Source: an uncultured Actinomycetota bacterium (GTDB lineage: Bacteria > Actinomycetota > Actinomycetes > JAHEKZ01). Taken from it: a stretch of DNA of 64,000 nucleotides. The stretch spans positions 1,024,001 through 1,088,000 of the forward strand of contig CAVQYR010000001.1 in the NCBI GenBank assembly GCA_963718235.1. Direction: 5' to 3'. Of the stretch, positions 1-14,590 are shown in pieces; positions within the stretch are counted from its first letter, which is position 1; each line of letters opens with the position of its first letter. The position numbers and the translations under genes are program-made. A model generated the notes under the pieces. It saw only the letters and a list, made by a program, of their open reading frames with translations, was not told the origin of the DNA and searched no databases.

Positions 1-1561
<1,561 letters not shown>

Positions 1562-1576
1562 GTCGTAGGAGCGTTC

Positions 1577-2971
<1,395 letters not shown>

Positions 2972-2975
<4 letters not shown>

Positions 2976-4210
2976 TCGGCCTGGCCCTGGTCGGCCGGGC
3001 GGACCGTCCCGCTGACGGCACCGAACCCGATCCGGGTCCCGGCGGCGCCGGGTGCGGACGCAGTGAGGGTGACCGTGTCGCCGTCCTGCAGGAAGCTGCG
3101 CTCGGTGCCGTCGTCCAGCGTGAACGGCTCGCTGCCGCCCCACGACAGCTCGAGCAGCGACCCGCGCTGCTCGCGAGCAGGCCCGGTCACCGTGCCCGAG
3201 GCGAACAGGTCGCCGGTCCGCAGCGAGGCGCCGTTGACGGTGAGGTGCGCCAGCTGTTGCCCGGGGGTCCAGTACTGGGTGCGGAACGGGGGTCGGGAGA
3301 CCACTGTGCCGTTCAGCTCGACGGTCAGCTCGAGGTCGAGCGACCACGGGTCGTCGTCGCGCAGGTAGTCGAAGACCGGTGGGTCCTGTCGCGGGGGAGT
3401 CACGCGCGCGGCCGCCAGGGCGTCGAGGGGGACGACCCAGGGGGAGATCGACGTGGCGAACGACTTGGCCAGGAACGGTCCGAGCGGCTGGTACTCCCAC
3501 GCCTGGATGTCGCGCGCCGACCAGTCGTTGACGAGCACGACCCCGAATACGTGCTCGCGCAGCGCGGACGCACTGACCGACGAACCGAGTGCTGAGCCGG
3601 TGCCGACGACGAACCCGACCTCGGCCTCGATGTCCAGGCGCTGCGAGGGGCCGAATGTCGGCGCCTCGGCGCCGCGCGGCCTGCGCTGGCCCTTCGGTCG
3701 CACGACCGGGGTGCCGGACACCACGACCGTGCCGGCGCGACCGTGGTAGCCGATCGGTAGTGACTTCCAGTTGTCCGGCAGGCTCGGGGCGTCCGGACGG
3801 AAGATGGCCCCGACGTTCAAGGCGTGCTGCTCCGAGGAGTAGAAGTCGACGTAGTCGGCAACCTCGAACGGAAGGTGGTTGACCAGCGCGTCGCGGGGGT
3901 GAAGCAGAGGTGCCAGCCGACTCGCGTAGGAACGGTCGCTGACCAGCTCGACGAGCCGGTTGCGCAAGGCGGCCCACACCGGTCGCCCCTGGGCGAGCAA
4001 CGGGTTGAGTGCAGGCGCGCGCAGCGTCGTCAGCGGGGAGTCGACGACCTCGTCGAGGAGTCCGAGCTCGGCGACAGCGCCCAGGTCGAGGGCATGGTCG
4101 CCCAGGGCGACGGCCACGACTGCGGGCCTGCCGTCCCTCGAGACGATGCCGTACGGCAGGTTCTCGACCGGGAACGGGGAGTCGGCCGGGACGGACCACC
4201 AGGGAGGCAT
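2972..4210 (-). CDS. fahA: Fumarylacetoacetase
   Basis: FPVENLPYG, DYVDFYSSEQHA, LPIGYHGRAGTVVVSG, NDWSARDIQAWEYQPLGPF. Confidence 0.93.
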
Positions 4211-4211
4211 C

Positions 4212-5048
4212 TCACTCGCTCGCAATCAGGTCGAGGCGTCGAAGGTCGTCGAAGGGTCCGGTGATGCTGCACGAACCGAAGCTGCGGTAGATCTCGCGGA
4301 GCCGGACGATGTCGCAGGAGGCGATCGTCTCGACCAGGGGGCCGGCCTCGTCGACGCCCAGCAGGTCGGCGCAGTCCTTCGGCGTCGCTCCGAGCAGCGC
4401 CGACGCCGTGGCGGCCAGGGTGTTGAGGAAGCCGTGCTGACGGGCCCCCGTGTCGGCGTCGACGTGGGGCAGCGCGGCATGCAAGCCCGCGGTCAGCTTG
4501 AACGGGAGCCTGCGGACGGCGCACGCGTGCAGGAAGGAGGCCAGGGTCCCGGCATCGGGCACGTCGTCGGCGTGGGGACCACAACGGAACTTGGCTGCCT
4601 CCGCGCCGTCGTCGTGCAGCACGTCGAGCGCGTCGAGCAGCTGAGGGCCCGCCGGGAGCTCGAGGTACGTGGGGGTCGTGAACTCCAGGGCCGACAGGGT
4701 CAGCTCGACCGCGTGGGCGAGGTCCTGCTCGGGCAGCCGCAGCTCGTACTGGACCGGGCGCAGCCAGTGCTGGTCGGCCAGCAGGTCGCGGGCGGCCACG
4801 AGCGAGCCGAGCCCGTCGTCGGCCACCACGCCGACCGCCAGGTCGTCGTCGGCGTCGACGAGGTCGAGCGCCGCGGAGACCGCCGAGGCCGGCAGCAGCA
4901 GGGGACCGACGAGCGGCTCGACCGGGGTGTCGCGGTACCCGCGGTGGGTGCGCAGCGCGACGTCGAGGGCGGCGCTGCCCGGCGGGAAGACCGCGGCGTC
5001 GTCGACGAGGTGGTCGGTGAGACCGGGAAGGGTTGACACCTGCGGCAC
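4212..5048 (-). CDS. Conserved hypothetical protein coupled to fahA
   Basis: 278-aa ORF with LVDDAAVFPPG, KFRCG, PFKLTAGLH, HGFLN, SFGSCS motifs; GC3-biased frame; abuts fahA start. Confidence 0.75.
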   Translation of the reverse strand: MPQVSTLPGLTDHLVDDAAVFPPGSAALDVALRTHRGYRDTPVEPLVGPLLLPASAVSAALDLVDADDDLAVGVVADDGLGSLVAARDLLADQHWLRPVQYELRLPEQDLAHAVELTLSALEFTTPTYLELPAGPQLLDALDVLHDDGAEAAKFRCGPHADDVPDAGTLASFLHACAVRRLPFKLTAGLHAALPHVDADTGARQHGFLNTLAATASALLGATPKDCADLLGVDEAGPLVETIASCDIVRLREIYRSFGSCSITGPFDDLRRLDLIASE

Positions 5049-5112
5049 GCTAGCCGATCGTTGACTGAGCGGTGCTCAACATACCGACTATCGGACAATA
5101 CTGGAGCACGCC

Positions 5113-6291
5113 ATGCCGTTCTACCGGTCGGTCGGAGACGTTCCCCGCAAGCGGCACACCCAGTTCCGCCGGCCCGACGGCGGGCTCTTCGCCGAGGAGC
5201 TGATGGGCCAGCAGGGCTTCTCCAGCGTGTCCGCCCTTCTCTACCACCGACACCTGCCGACCGCGATCGTGGCGGCGCGGACCTGGCAGCCGGCCGGCTC
5301 CACCGTGCCGCCGGTCGCCAATCATCCGCTGCTGCCACGACACGTGCGCTCCCATGCTCTCGACCCGGCCGAGCCGACCGACGCAGTCACCGGACGTCGA
5401 CTGCTGTTTGCCAACTCCGACGTCGCGCTGTCCTACGCGGTGGCGGCCATCGCCTCACCGCTCTACCGAAACGCGGTGGGCGACGAGGTGCTGTACGTCG
5501 AGTCCGGCACCGGCAGCGTCGAGACGGTGTTCGGCGTCGTCGACGCGCGCGCGGGCGACTACCTGGTGCTGCCGACGTCGACGACCTACCGAGTCGTCCC
5601 GGCAGGTACCGAGCCGCTTCGGCTGCTCGTCGTGGAGGCGTCCGGTCACGTCGAGCCACCGTCTCGCTACCTGTCCAGGAGCGGTCAGTTCCTCGAGCAC
5701 GCACCTTTCTGTGAGCGCGACCTGCGCAGCCCCACCGCGCCCCTTCTGGTCGAGGGCGACGACGTCGACGTGCTCGTCAAGCACCGCCAGGGGTTCACCC
5801 GCTACACCTACGCCCACCACCCGTTCGACGTCGTGGGCTGGGACGGCGGGCAGTACCCCTACGCCTTGTCCATCCACGACTTCGAGCCGATCACCGGGCG
5901 CCTGCACCAACCGCCACCGGTGCACCAGACCTTCGCCGGACCGAGCTTCGTCATCTGCTCGTTCGTGCCCCGACTGTTCGACTACCACCCCGAGGCGGTG
6001 CCTGCCCCCTACAACCACGCCAACGTCGACTCCGACGAGGTGCTCTTCTACTGCGGTGGGGACTTCATGAGCCGCAAGGGTGCGGGCATCGGCCAGGGCT
6101 CACTGACGCTGCACCCGAGCGGCTTCACGCACGGGCCCCAACCGGGCAGCGTCGAGGCCAGCATCGGCAAGGTGGCGACCGACGAGCTCGCGGTCATGGT
6201 CGACACGTTCTCGCCGCTCGCGGTGGGCAGCGCGGCCCTGGAGGCAGAGGACGTCGGGTACCCGTGGACCTGGTCGGGGCGATCACTCTGA
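5113..6291 (+). CDS. hmgA: Homogentisate 1,2-dioxygenase
   Basis: PRKRHTQFR, HPFDVVGWDG, HQPPPVHQTF, PYNHANVDSDEVLFY, LHPSGFTHGPQPG, ELAVMVDTF. Confidence 0.93.
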   Translation: MPFYRSVGDVPRKRHTQFRRPDGGLFAEELMGQQGFSSVSALLYHRHLPTAIVAARTWQPAGSTVPPVANHPLLPRHVRSHALDPAEPTDAVTGRRLLFANSDVALSYAVAAIASPLYRNAVGDEVLYVESGTGSVETVFGVVDARAGDYLVLPTSTTYRVVPAGTEPLRLLVVEASGHVEPPSRYLSRSGQFLEHAPFCERDLRSPTAPLLVEGDDVDVLVKHRQGFTRYTYAHHPFDVVGWDGGQYPYALSIHDFEPITGRLHQPPPVHQTFAGPSFVICSFVPRLFDYHPEAVPAPYNHANVDSDEVLFYCGGDFMSRKGAGIGQGSLTLHPSGFTHGPQPGSVEASIGKVATDELAVMVDTFSPLAVGSAALEAEDVGYPWTWSGRSL

Positions 6292-6315
6292 ACCACCCCG
6301 GGCGAGCGCCGTCCC

Positions 6316-8082
6316 TCAGGTGAGGCAGCCCGAAGGCAGCTCGAACCAGCGCAGTGCGTCGAAGTCGTCGGACAGGGTCGCGGCGTGTACGTCGTCGTCG
6401 GGGAGCGCAGCCCGATCGGCGGCCATCTGCCGAGCCGCGTACAGGTAGGAGGCCAGCTCGCTGGCCGGGGCTCGCAGGCCGGTGCGTGGGTACGACATCG
6501 CCCCGGTGTCGTCGTAGGCGACGTCGCCGAGCCGCAGCAGCGAGTCGGCGGCGCGCTGGTCGCGGTGCTCCCAGAGCCCGGTGGCCGGGTCGAAGCGGTA
6601 GTCGCGTAGGAACAGGTGCCCGTGCTCGGCCACGAACTCCACGGCTCGCAGGATCGACTCGAACACCTCCTCCGGGATGAAGTAGTTGAAGTTCACCCGG
6701 ACCCAGCCGGGCTTGATGCCCTCGCAGCCCCCGGTGATCTCCCGCTCGTACTCGTGGGAGCGTTCGACGTCGATGCCGAGGAGCGCGTGACCGTAGGGGC
6801 CGGCGCACGAGCACCCCCCGCGGGCCTGGATCCCGAACAGGTCGTCCAGCAGGCTGACCACGGCGTTGTGGTGCAGGTAGGTGCCGTCGGGGCGGCGCAC
6901 GACGAAGGACACGATCGACAGCCGGTCCGCCTGGGTGTTGCCCAGCACCTGGAGCGAAGGCACCTCGGCCCAGGCGGTGATCGCCCGGCGCACGTAGTCC
7001 GACTCGTGAGCGCGGATCACCTCGGTCCCCACCGCGTCCTTGAGCTGGAACACCAGGCCGGCCCGGATCGACTCGACGATCGCCGGCGTACCCCCCTCCT
7101 CGCGCGCCTCGACGTCACTCAGGTACCGGTGCTCGACCGGGTTGACGTAGGCCACGGTGCCACCACCGACGACGTCGGGCACCCGGTTGGTCAACAGTGA
7201 CCGGCGGACCGCCAGGACGCCGGGGGTGCCGGGCCCGCCGACGAACTTGTGGGGGGACAGGACGACGGCGTCCTTGAACGCCAGCGGGTCGCCACCGGTC
7301 GGGGCGTTCATCTCGATGTCGATGTAAGGGGCGGCGGCGGCGAAGTCCCAGACGGCCAGGGCGTCGTAGCGGTGCAGCAACGCCGAGATCCCGAGGGTGT
7401 CGCTGACGATGCCCGTGACGTTGCTCGCCGCGCTGAAGGCGCCGATCCGCAGGGGTCGGTCGGGGAAGCGCCGCAGCTGCTCCTCGAGCACCGACTGGTC
7501 GATGTGGCCGTCGGCGTCCTCCGGGATCCGGACGACGTCGCAGATGGACTCCCGCCACGGCAGCTCGTTGGAGTGGTGCTCAAACGGCCCGACGAACACG
7601 ACCGGCCGCTCCGACGCGGGGATGGCGTCGGAGAGGTGGTAGCGGTCCTCCAGCACGGAGGGGATCCGCAGGCCCAGGACTCCGATCAGCCGGTCGATCG
7701 CACCCGTCGTGCCGGACCCGGCGAAGATCACCGCGACGTCGTCGTCCGCCCCGAGCGACGCGCGGATGAGCGCTCGGGCGTCCTCACGCAGCGCAGTGGT
7801 CTGGCGCCCGGTGGTGCTGCTCTCGGTGTGGGTGTTGGCGTAGCGGGGGAGCACCTCGTCGCGGATGAACGTCTCGATGAACGACAGGGCCCGACCGCTC
7901 GCGGTGTAGTCCGCGTAGGTGACCCGTCGGCGTCCGTACGGGCCGTCGACGGCGGCGTCATCGCCGATCACACCGGTGCGGATCCGGTCGAGCAGGGCTG
8001 GTTCGGGCAGCTGTGGGTCCCGCTCGGGAACGAGCACGCCGATCGCCTCCACCGGAAGTCGTCTCTGGGGTCCAGCCGCCAT
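6316..8082 (-). CDS. Class V PLP-dependent aminotransferase / cysteine desulfurase-like protein
   Basis: YADYTASGR, EHHSNELPW, SPHKFVGGPG (PLP lysine), RGGCSCAGPY. Confidence 0.85.
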   Translation of the reverse strand: MAAGPQRRLPVEAIGVLVPERDPQLPEPALLDRIRTGVIGDDAAVDGPYGRRRVTYADYTASGRALSFIETFIRDEVLPRYANTHTESSTTGRQTTALREDARALIRASLGADDDVAVIFAGSGTTGAIDRLIGVLGLRIPSVLEDRYHLSDAIPASERPVVFVGPFEHHSNELPWRESICDVVRIPEDADGHIDQSVLEEQLRRFPDRPLRIGAFSAASNVTGIVSDTLGISALLHRYDALAVWDFAAAAPYIDIEMNAPTGGDPLAFKDAVVLSPHKFVGGPGTPGVLAVRRSLLTNRVPDVVGGGTVAYVNPVEHRYLSDVEAREEGGTPAIVESIRAGLVFQLKDAVGTEVIRAHESDYVRRAITAWAEVPSLQVLGNTQADRLSIVSFVVRRPDGTYLHHNAVVSLLDDLFGIQARGGCSCAGPYGHALLGIDVERSHEYEREITGGCEGIKPGWVRVNFNYFIPEEVFESILRAVEFVAEHGHLFLRDYRFDPATGLWEHRDQRAADSLLRLGDVAYDDTGAMSYPRTGLRAPASELASYLYAARQMAADRAALPDDDVHAATLSDDFDALRWFELPSGCLT

Positions 8083-8198
8083 CCTGCCAGCGCGGCTCGG
8101 ACGGTTCGTCCGGTATCTGGGTCGGTGGTCAAGAACCGGCGGCGGACGGCCGAAGACCTCCCTAGCGTGACACCAGCCGATCCGGAGGGCTCTTCCTC

Positions 8199-9926
8199 GT
8201 GCACCCTCGACTCAGCCGCACCCTGGCCACGGCCCTGAGCCTCGCCGTCCTCGGTGCCGGTCTGGCGACGGTGGGGCCGGTGGCGGCCCAGGGCACCCCT
8301 GCAGGTGCCAAGCAACAGGCCGCGGTCCGGCCGATCGTGACTGGCTGGCTGCCCTACTGGATGCCCACCACGTCGACCTCGGCCGTGACCAGCCACGCCT
8401 CCTTGTTCGACGAGGCATCTCCGTTCCTCATGCAGACCACCTCGGCCAAGCGCATCACCTACCAGAGCTCCTCGTCGACGATGAACGCGATGGTGCAGTC
8501 GCTGCACGGCGCGGGTGTCAAGGTCGTGCCGACGCTCACCACGAGCATGGATGCCGACCGGTTCGCCACACTGCTCAGCAGTCGACGCCACCGCTCCGAG
8601 CACGTGCGGGTGATCGTCGCCATGGCCGAGCGGTTCGGTGTCGACGGGGTCGACCTCGACTACGAGGACATCAACTTCGGCAGCTCGGCTGCCAAGGATG
8701 TCGTGCGCGCGAAGTACCCGCTGCTCCTGGCCCAGCTCGACGCTGCTCTCGCGGCGGTCGGAATGGTCAGCTCGGTCACCGTGCCGGCGCGGCGCTCCGA
8801 CTCCGACCCCAACTGGTGGGTGTTCGACTACCCCGCTCTGGGCGCCGTCGTCGACCGGTTCAAGGTGATGACCTACGACTACAGCTGGGGTGGCGGCGCT
8901 CCGGGTCCGATTGCGCCCAAGAGCTGGGTGGACGACGTGATCGGCTACGCGGCGTCACGGGTCAGGCCGACCAAGATCTCGATCGGGCTGCCCGCGTACG
9001 GGCGCGACTGGTTCGTCCGCAAGGTCTCCGGGCGGTGTCCGGCGGCGGCGAGCGAGTCGGTCTCGCGGACCTCACAGGGGATGCAGGACTTCGCAGCCTC
9101 GCTCGGGGTCAAGCCGACGTGGAACGCCGCTCAGACGAGCAGCACCTTCAGCTACCGGCAGCGCTACAGCAACGCCGGGCGGTCCTGCACCGTGAAGCGG
9201 GTGGCGTGGTTCGACGACGCCCGCTCGGTCGCCGCCAAGCTGCCACTCGTGGCCAAGCACGGCGTTCGAGGAGTCGCCATCTGGGCCCTGGGCAACGAGA
9301 CCCCGGGCATGTGGGGCCGGCTGCACACCTTTGCGGCGAACCACCCGGTGCTGCCCACGACCCTCCGGGTCGATGTGCCGGCCTCGGTCACCTACGGCCG
9401 TAACTCGACGGTGAGCGGCGTCGTTCGGGTCGACGGACAGCTGGCCTCTGGCGCCCGGGTCTCGCTGTGGCGGCGTCCGCTCGGTGGTCGCTGGACGGAG
9501 GTCGGCCACGCCGTCTCCGGCACCCGTGGTGGGGTGCAGTTCTCCGTGTCGCCCCACCGTCACAGCAGCTACCGACTGACGACGTCTGCGACCTGGCACC
9601 ACCGGGCGGCGCACAGCGTCGCGAAGACGTCTCGGGTCTCCTACGCGGTGTCCGTGGCCAGGACCAGGGCCCGGGTCTCCACCGCGGCGCAGACCTTCGA
9701 CCTCAGCGGCGCGGTCGCCCCGGCGCTGCCCGGCACCAGGGTCGAGCTCCAGCGCCTCCTGCACGGACGTTGGCTGGCTCGAGGTGCCACCGCCGTGGGT
9801 CCGGCCGGTCGGTTCACCTTCTCGGTCAGCACCCGCAAGGCCGGGGTGCGCACGTTGCGCGTCGTGGCCCTGCCCGGACAGCTGGACGCCGGACGCAGCG
9901 CACGGGTCAGGCTGACCGTCCCCTGA
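8199..9926 (+). CDS. Secreted GH18 glycoside hydrolase with C-terminal beta-rich domains
   Basis: Signal peptide; DGVDLDYE (DxxDxDxE) catalytic motif; MTYDYS; GVAIWALG. Confidence 0.85.
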   Translation: MHPRLSRTLATALSLAVLGAGLATVGPVAAQGTPAGAKQQAAVRPIVTGWLPYWMPTTSTSAVTSHASLFDEASPFLMQTTSAKRITYQSSSSTMNAMVQSLHGAGVKVVPTLTTSMDADRFATLLSSRRHRSEHVRVIVAMAERFGVDGVDLDYEDINFGSSAAKDVVRAKYPLLLAQLDAALAAVGMVSSVTVPARRSDSDPNWWVFDYPALGAVVDRFKVMTYDYSWGGGAPGPIAPKSWVDDVIGYAASRVRPTKISIGLPAYGRDWFVRKVSGRCPAAASESVSRTSQGMQDFAASLGVKPTWNAAQTSSTFSYRQRYSNAGRSCTVKRVAWFDDARSVAAKLPLVAKHGVRGVAIWALGNETPGMWGRLHTFAANHPVLPTTLRVDVPASVTYGRNSTVSGVVRVDGQLASGARVSLWRRPLGGRWTEVGHAVSGTRGGVQFSVSPHRHSSYRLTTSATWHHRAAHSVAKTSRVSYAVSVARTRARVSTAAQTFDLSGAVAPALPGTRVELQRLLHGRWLARGATAVGPAGRFTFSVSTRKAGVRTLRVVALPGQLDAGRSARVRLTVP

Positions 9927-10482
9927 CCAGCTCGACCCCGGACTCGGCCAGTTCCGCCAGCGCAGCCTGGGTCGTCGGCTCGGCCACGCCGGCGGTCAGG
10001 TCGACCAGGACCCGTGTGGCCAGTCCCTCACGGACGGCGTCCAGGGCGGTCGCGCGCACGCAGTAGTCGGTGGCGATGCCGACGATGTCGACCTCGGTGA
10101 CACCGCGGTCGCGCAGCCACTGGGCCAGTGACTCACCCTGCGCGTCGGCGCCCTCGAAGCCCGAGTAGGCCGCGGTGTACTCACCCTTGTCGAACACCGC
10201 CTGGATCGGGTCGGTGCGCAGGTCCGGGTGCAGCCGCACCCCTGGTGTGCCCACGACGCAGTGGGCCGGCCAGCTGTCGACGAAGTCGGGAGCCTCGGCG
10301 AAGTGGTGCCCCGGGTCGACGTGGTGGTCGCGAGTGGCGACCACGGCCGCGTAGTCGCCACCGGCGCGCTCGAGGTAGGCGGACACCCCGGCGGCCACTG
10401 CAGCACCCCCCGCCACGGCCAGAGACCCGCCCTCGCAGAAGTCGTTCTGCACGTCGACGATGACGAGTGCGCGGGTGGTCAT
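9907..10482 (-). CDS. pncA: Nicotinamidase/pyrazinamidase
   Basis: MTTRALVIVDVQNDFCEGGSL, WPAHCV, GIATDYCV. Confidence 0.93.
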   Translation of the reverse strand: MTTRALVIVDVQNDFCEGGSLAVAGGAAVAAGVSAYLERAGGDYAAVVATRDHHVDPGHHFAEAPDFVDSWPAHCVVGTPGVRLHPDLRTDPIQAVFDKGEYTAAYSGFEGADAQGESLAQWLRDRGVTEVDIVGIATDYCVRATALDAVREGLATRVLVDLTAGVAEPTTQAALAELAESGVELVRGRSA

Positions 10483-11792
10483 TGCTCCTCCTCGAAGACG
10501 GTGGGGATGGCCGGGTCCCCGGCCGACAGCCGCTGGCCGTCCGGCGGCAGCTCGGTCATCGCTTGGGCCTGGCGGGCCCGGGACACCTGCAACGGCTCGT
10601 GGTGGACCACCTCGCCCGCCTCGACCAGGAGGGTCAGCAACGGGCGCTCCCGCTCGTCGTCGAAGTCGGAGCCGACGCGCACGATCTCCTCGGCCGCCGT
10701 CCCGTCCGGTTCGTAGAGGCGGAACGCCCACTTGCGTCCGGCGACCGTCGGCTTGCCGACCGAGCGCTTGGCCACCCCGACGAGTGCGGCGTCGGCCCCG
10801 TTGTCGACGCCGCGGGCGACGAGCTTGTAGACCAGGCCCGCGGTGGGTGCCCCGGAGCCGGTGACGAGCGCGGTGCCGACCCCGTAGCCGTCGGCCGGCG
10901 CCGACTGCAGCGCCGCGATCGCGTGCTCGTCGAGGTCGCCGGTGACGACGATCCGCGTCCCGGTGGCGCCGAGCTCGTCGAGCTGACGCCGCACCCGGTG
11001 GCACTCGTCGGCCAGGTCACCGGAGTCGATCCGTACCCCGCCGAGCGTCGTGCCGGCGACCTCGATCCCGGTGGCCACACCGGTCGCGATGTCGTAGGTG
11101 TCGACGAGCAACGTCGTCGTCACACCCTGCGAGGCCACCTGTGACTCGAAGGCCGATCGCTCGTCGTCGTGCATCAGGGTGAACGCGTGGGCGCTGGTCC
11201 CCCGGGTCGGCAGTCCGTAACGCTGTCCCGCCTCGAGGTTCGACGTCGACTCGAACCCGGCGAGGTAGGCCGCGCGCGCTGCAGCGACGGCCGCCTCCTC
11301 GTGGGTGCGGCGCGACCCCATCTCGATGATCGGGCGTCCTTGGGCCGCGGAGACCATCCGGGCCGCCGCCGCGGCCACCGCGCAGTCGTGGTTGTAGACC
11401 GACAGGGCGATCGTCTCCAGGACGACCGCCTCGGCGAAGGTGCCCTCGACCACCAGCAGCGGTGACCCCGGGTAGTAGGTCTCGCCCTCGGCGTACCCCC
11501 AGATGTCGCCCTCGAAGCGGTAGTCGGCGAGCCAGGCCAGCGTGTCGGCGTCGACGATGTGCCGCTGCTCCAGGAAGGCCAGGGCCTCGTCGTCGAAGGT
11601 GAAGCGGCGCAGGGCGTCGAGGAATCGACCGGTCCCGGCCACGACGCCGTAGCGACGACCGGTGGGGAGCCGCCGGGTGAAGAGCTCGAAGACGCATCGT
11701 CGTCGCCAGGTGCCGTCACGAAGGGACGCCTGCAGCATGGTCAGCTCGTACTGGTCGGTGAGCAGACCGGTGCTGGCCGTGGGTGCGGTCAC
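10479..11792 (-). CDS. pncB: Nicotinate phosphoribosyltransferase
   Basis: LLTDQYELTM, EMGSRRTH, GTSAH, LLVDTYD, GVRIDSGD, GLVYKLV. Confidence 0.93.
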   Translation of the reverse strand: MTAPTASTGLLTDQYELTMLQASLRDGTWRRRCVFELFTRRLPTGRRYGVVAGTGRFLDALRRFTFDDEALAFLEQRHIVDADTLAWLADYRFEGDIWGYAEGETYYPGSPLLVVEGTFAEAVVLETIALSVYNHDCAVAAAAARMVSAAQGRPIIEMGSRRTHEEAAVAAARAAYLAGFESTSNLEAGQRYGLPTRGTSAHAFTLMHDDERSAFESQVASQGVTTTLLVDTYDIATGVATGIEVAGTTLGGVRIDSGDLADECHRVRRQLDELGATGTRIVVTGDLDEHAIAALQSAPADGYGVGTALVTGSGAPTAGLVYKLVARGVDNGADAALVGVAKRSVGKPTVAGRKWAFRLYEPDGTAAEEIVRVGSDFDDERERPLLTLLVEAGEVVHHEPLQVSRARQAQAMTELPPDGQRLSAGDPAIPTVFEEEQ

Positions 11793-11823
11793 GGGCGCAG
11801 CCTAGTGCGCGGGGCATGCGACG

Positions 11824-12147
11824 ATGACCCCCGTGAGCGTGGCCCCCCCTGAGGTCGACCGACCCGACACGGACCGGTCCACCACCGTCCTGGACGACGT
11901 CCTGGTCGCGCCCGATCGGCCGTGGGTGACGATCGTGTGGAACGACCCGGTCAACCTCATGACCTACGTGACGTTCGTGCTCCAGGAGTACTTCGGCTAC
12001 GACGCCGACGAGGCCACCCGGCTGATGCTCCAGGTGCACCACGAGGGCCGAGCCGTCGTCTCCAACGGCACCCGCGAGGAGATGGAGCGCGACGTGGCGG
12101 CGATGCACGGCTACGGGCTGTGGGCGACTCTGCAGCAGGACAAGTGA
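11824..12147 (+). CDS. clpS: ATP-dependent Clp protease adaptor ClpS
   Basis: [16 protein letters not shown]...[13 protein letters not shown]...GLWAT. Confidence 0.93.
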   Translation: MTPVSVAPPEVDRPDTDRSTTVLDDVLVAPDRPWVTIVWNDPVNLMTYVTFVLQEYFGYDADEATRLMLQVHHEGRAVVSNGTREEMERDVAAMHGYGLWATLQQDK

Positions 12148-12692
12148 GCGCCGTCGCGACACCGTCCGGCGGTGTCGTCCTCCGCCTGACCGGAGACGAC
12201 GTTGAGCTGCTCACCGCCTGGGTCGGCGAGCTGGCCCGTCTGGTGGCCCCTGACCGCACGGAGCCGGCCGACCCGATCGCGGCGATGGTGGGCCTCGATG
12301 CGACGCGGGACCGCCCCGACGACCCCGCACTGCAGCGGCTCTTCCCCGACGGGTACCGCGAGGACGAGGCTGCCTCGGCGGACTTCCGTCGGTACACCGA
12401 GCACGACCTGCGTCAGGCCAAGGCGCAGCGGGCCGAGGTGGTGCTGGAGAGCCTGAGCGGTCGTAGCGGTGCGACCGAGCTCGTGCTGGACGCCGAGCAG
12501 TCCAGGGCGTGGCTGGGCAGCCTGAACGACCTGCGCCTGGTCCTGGGCACCCGGCTGGGCATCACCGACGAGGAGGCGGCCGAGGAGTGGCCCGACGACG
12601 ATGACCCGCGGGCACCGGCGATGGTGGCCTACCACTGGCTCACCTACCTGCAGGGCACCCTCGTCGAGGCGATGAGCCCCCGACACCCGTAG
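12144..12692 (+). CDS. DUF2017-family protein
   Basis: [43 protein letters not shown]; conserved position after clpS; GTG overlaps clpS stop. Confidence 0.85.
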   Translation: MSAVATPSGGVVLRLTGDDVELLTAWVGELARLVAPDRTEPADPIAAMVGLDATRDRPDDPALQRLFPDGYREDEAASADFRRYTEHDLRQAKAQRAEVVLESLSGRSGATELVLDAEQSRAWLGSLNDLRLVLGTRLGITDEEAAEEWPDDDDPRAPAMVAYHWLTYLQGTLVEAMSPRHP

Positions 12693-12701
12693 CCTGGATC
12701 G

Positions 12702-13130
12702 GTGCTGATCGTCGACCAGTCCACCTACGACGCCCTCGTCGCCCACGCCCGCCGCGACCACCCGGACGAGGCGTGCGGGGTCGTCGCCGGCGCGGCTGGC
12801 AGCGACCGACCGACCCGCTTCGTCCCCATGGTCAACGCCGCCCGGTCTCCGACCTTCTACGAGTTCGACTCAGGTGACCTGCTGCGGCTGTACCGCGAGA
12901 TGGACGACCGTGACGAGGAGCCGGTGGTGATCTACCACTCGCACACCGCCACCGAGGCCTACCCCTCGAGGACCGACGTCACCTACGCCTCCGAGCCGAA
13001 CGCCCACTACGTGCTGGTCTCCACGGCCGACCCGGACCTCGAGCAGTTCCGCTCGTTCCGGATCGTGGACGGCGTCGTCTCGGAGGAAGAAGTGCGGGTC
13101 GTCCCGACGTTGGACGACCAGCCAGGCTGA
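12702..13130 (+). CDS. mec: CysO-cysteine peptidase (JAMM/MPN, M67)
   Basis: HPDEACG, IYHSHTATEAYPSRTD JAMM motif; upstream of cysO-cysM. Confidence 0.9.
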   Translation: MLIVDQSTYDALVAHARRDHPDEACGVVAGAAGSDRPTRFVPMVNAARSPTFYEFDSGDLLRLYREMDDRDEEPVVIYHSHTATEAYPSRTDVTYASEPNAHYVLVSTADPDLEQFRSFRIVDGVVSEEEVRVVPTLDDQPG

Positions 13131-13190
13131 GCCTCTCACCCCACCACCCGTCCAGTGCCTAGTGCAACCGAGTGCAAGGAGTACCCCACC

Positions 13191-14511
<1,321 letters not shown>

Positions 14512-14528
14512 CTTCTGTCGGCGCAGCT

Positions 14529-14564
14529 CGAGGGGGCCGTCGGTGAGTACCGACGACCCCCTCG
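14529..14564. terminator. Stem-loop between convergent cysM and the ScyD/E-like gene
   Basis: CGAGGGGGCCGTCGGT-GAGT-ACCGACGACCCCCTCG inverted repeat. Confidence 0.65.
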
Positions 14565-14590
14565 CCCCCGCGAGTGTCAGGGAGTGGGGG

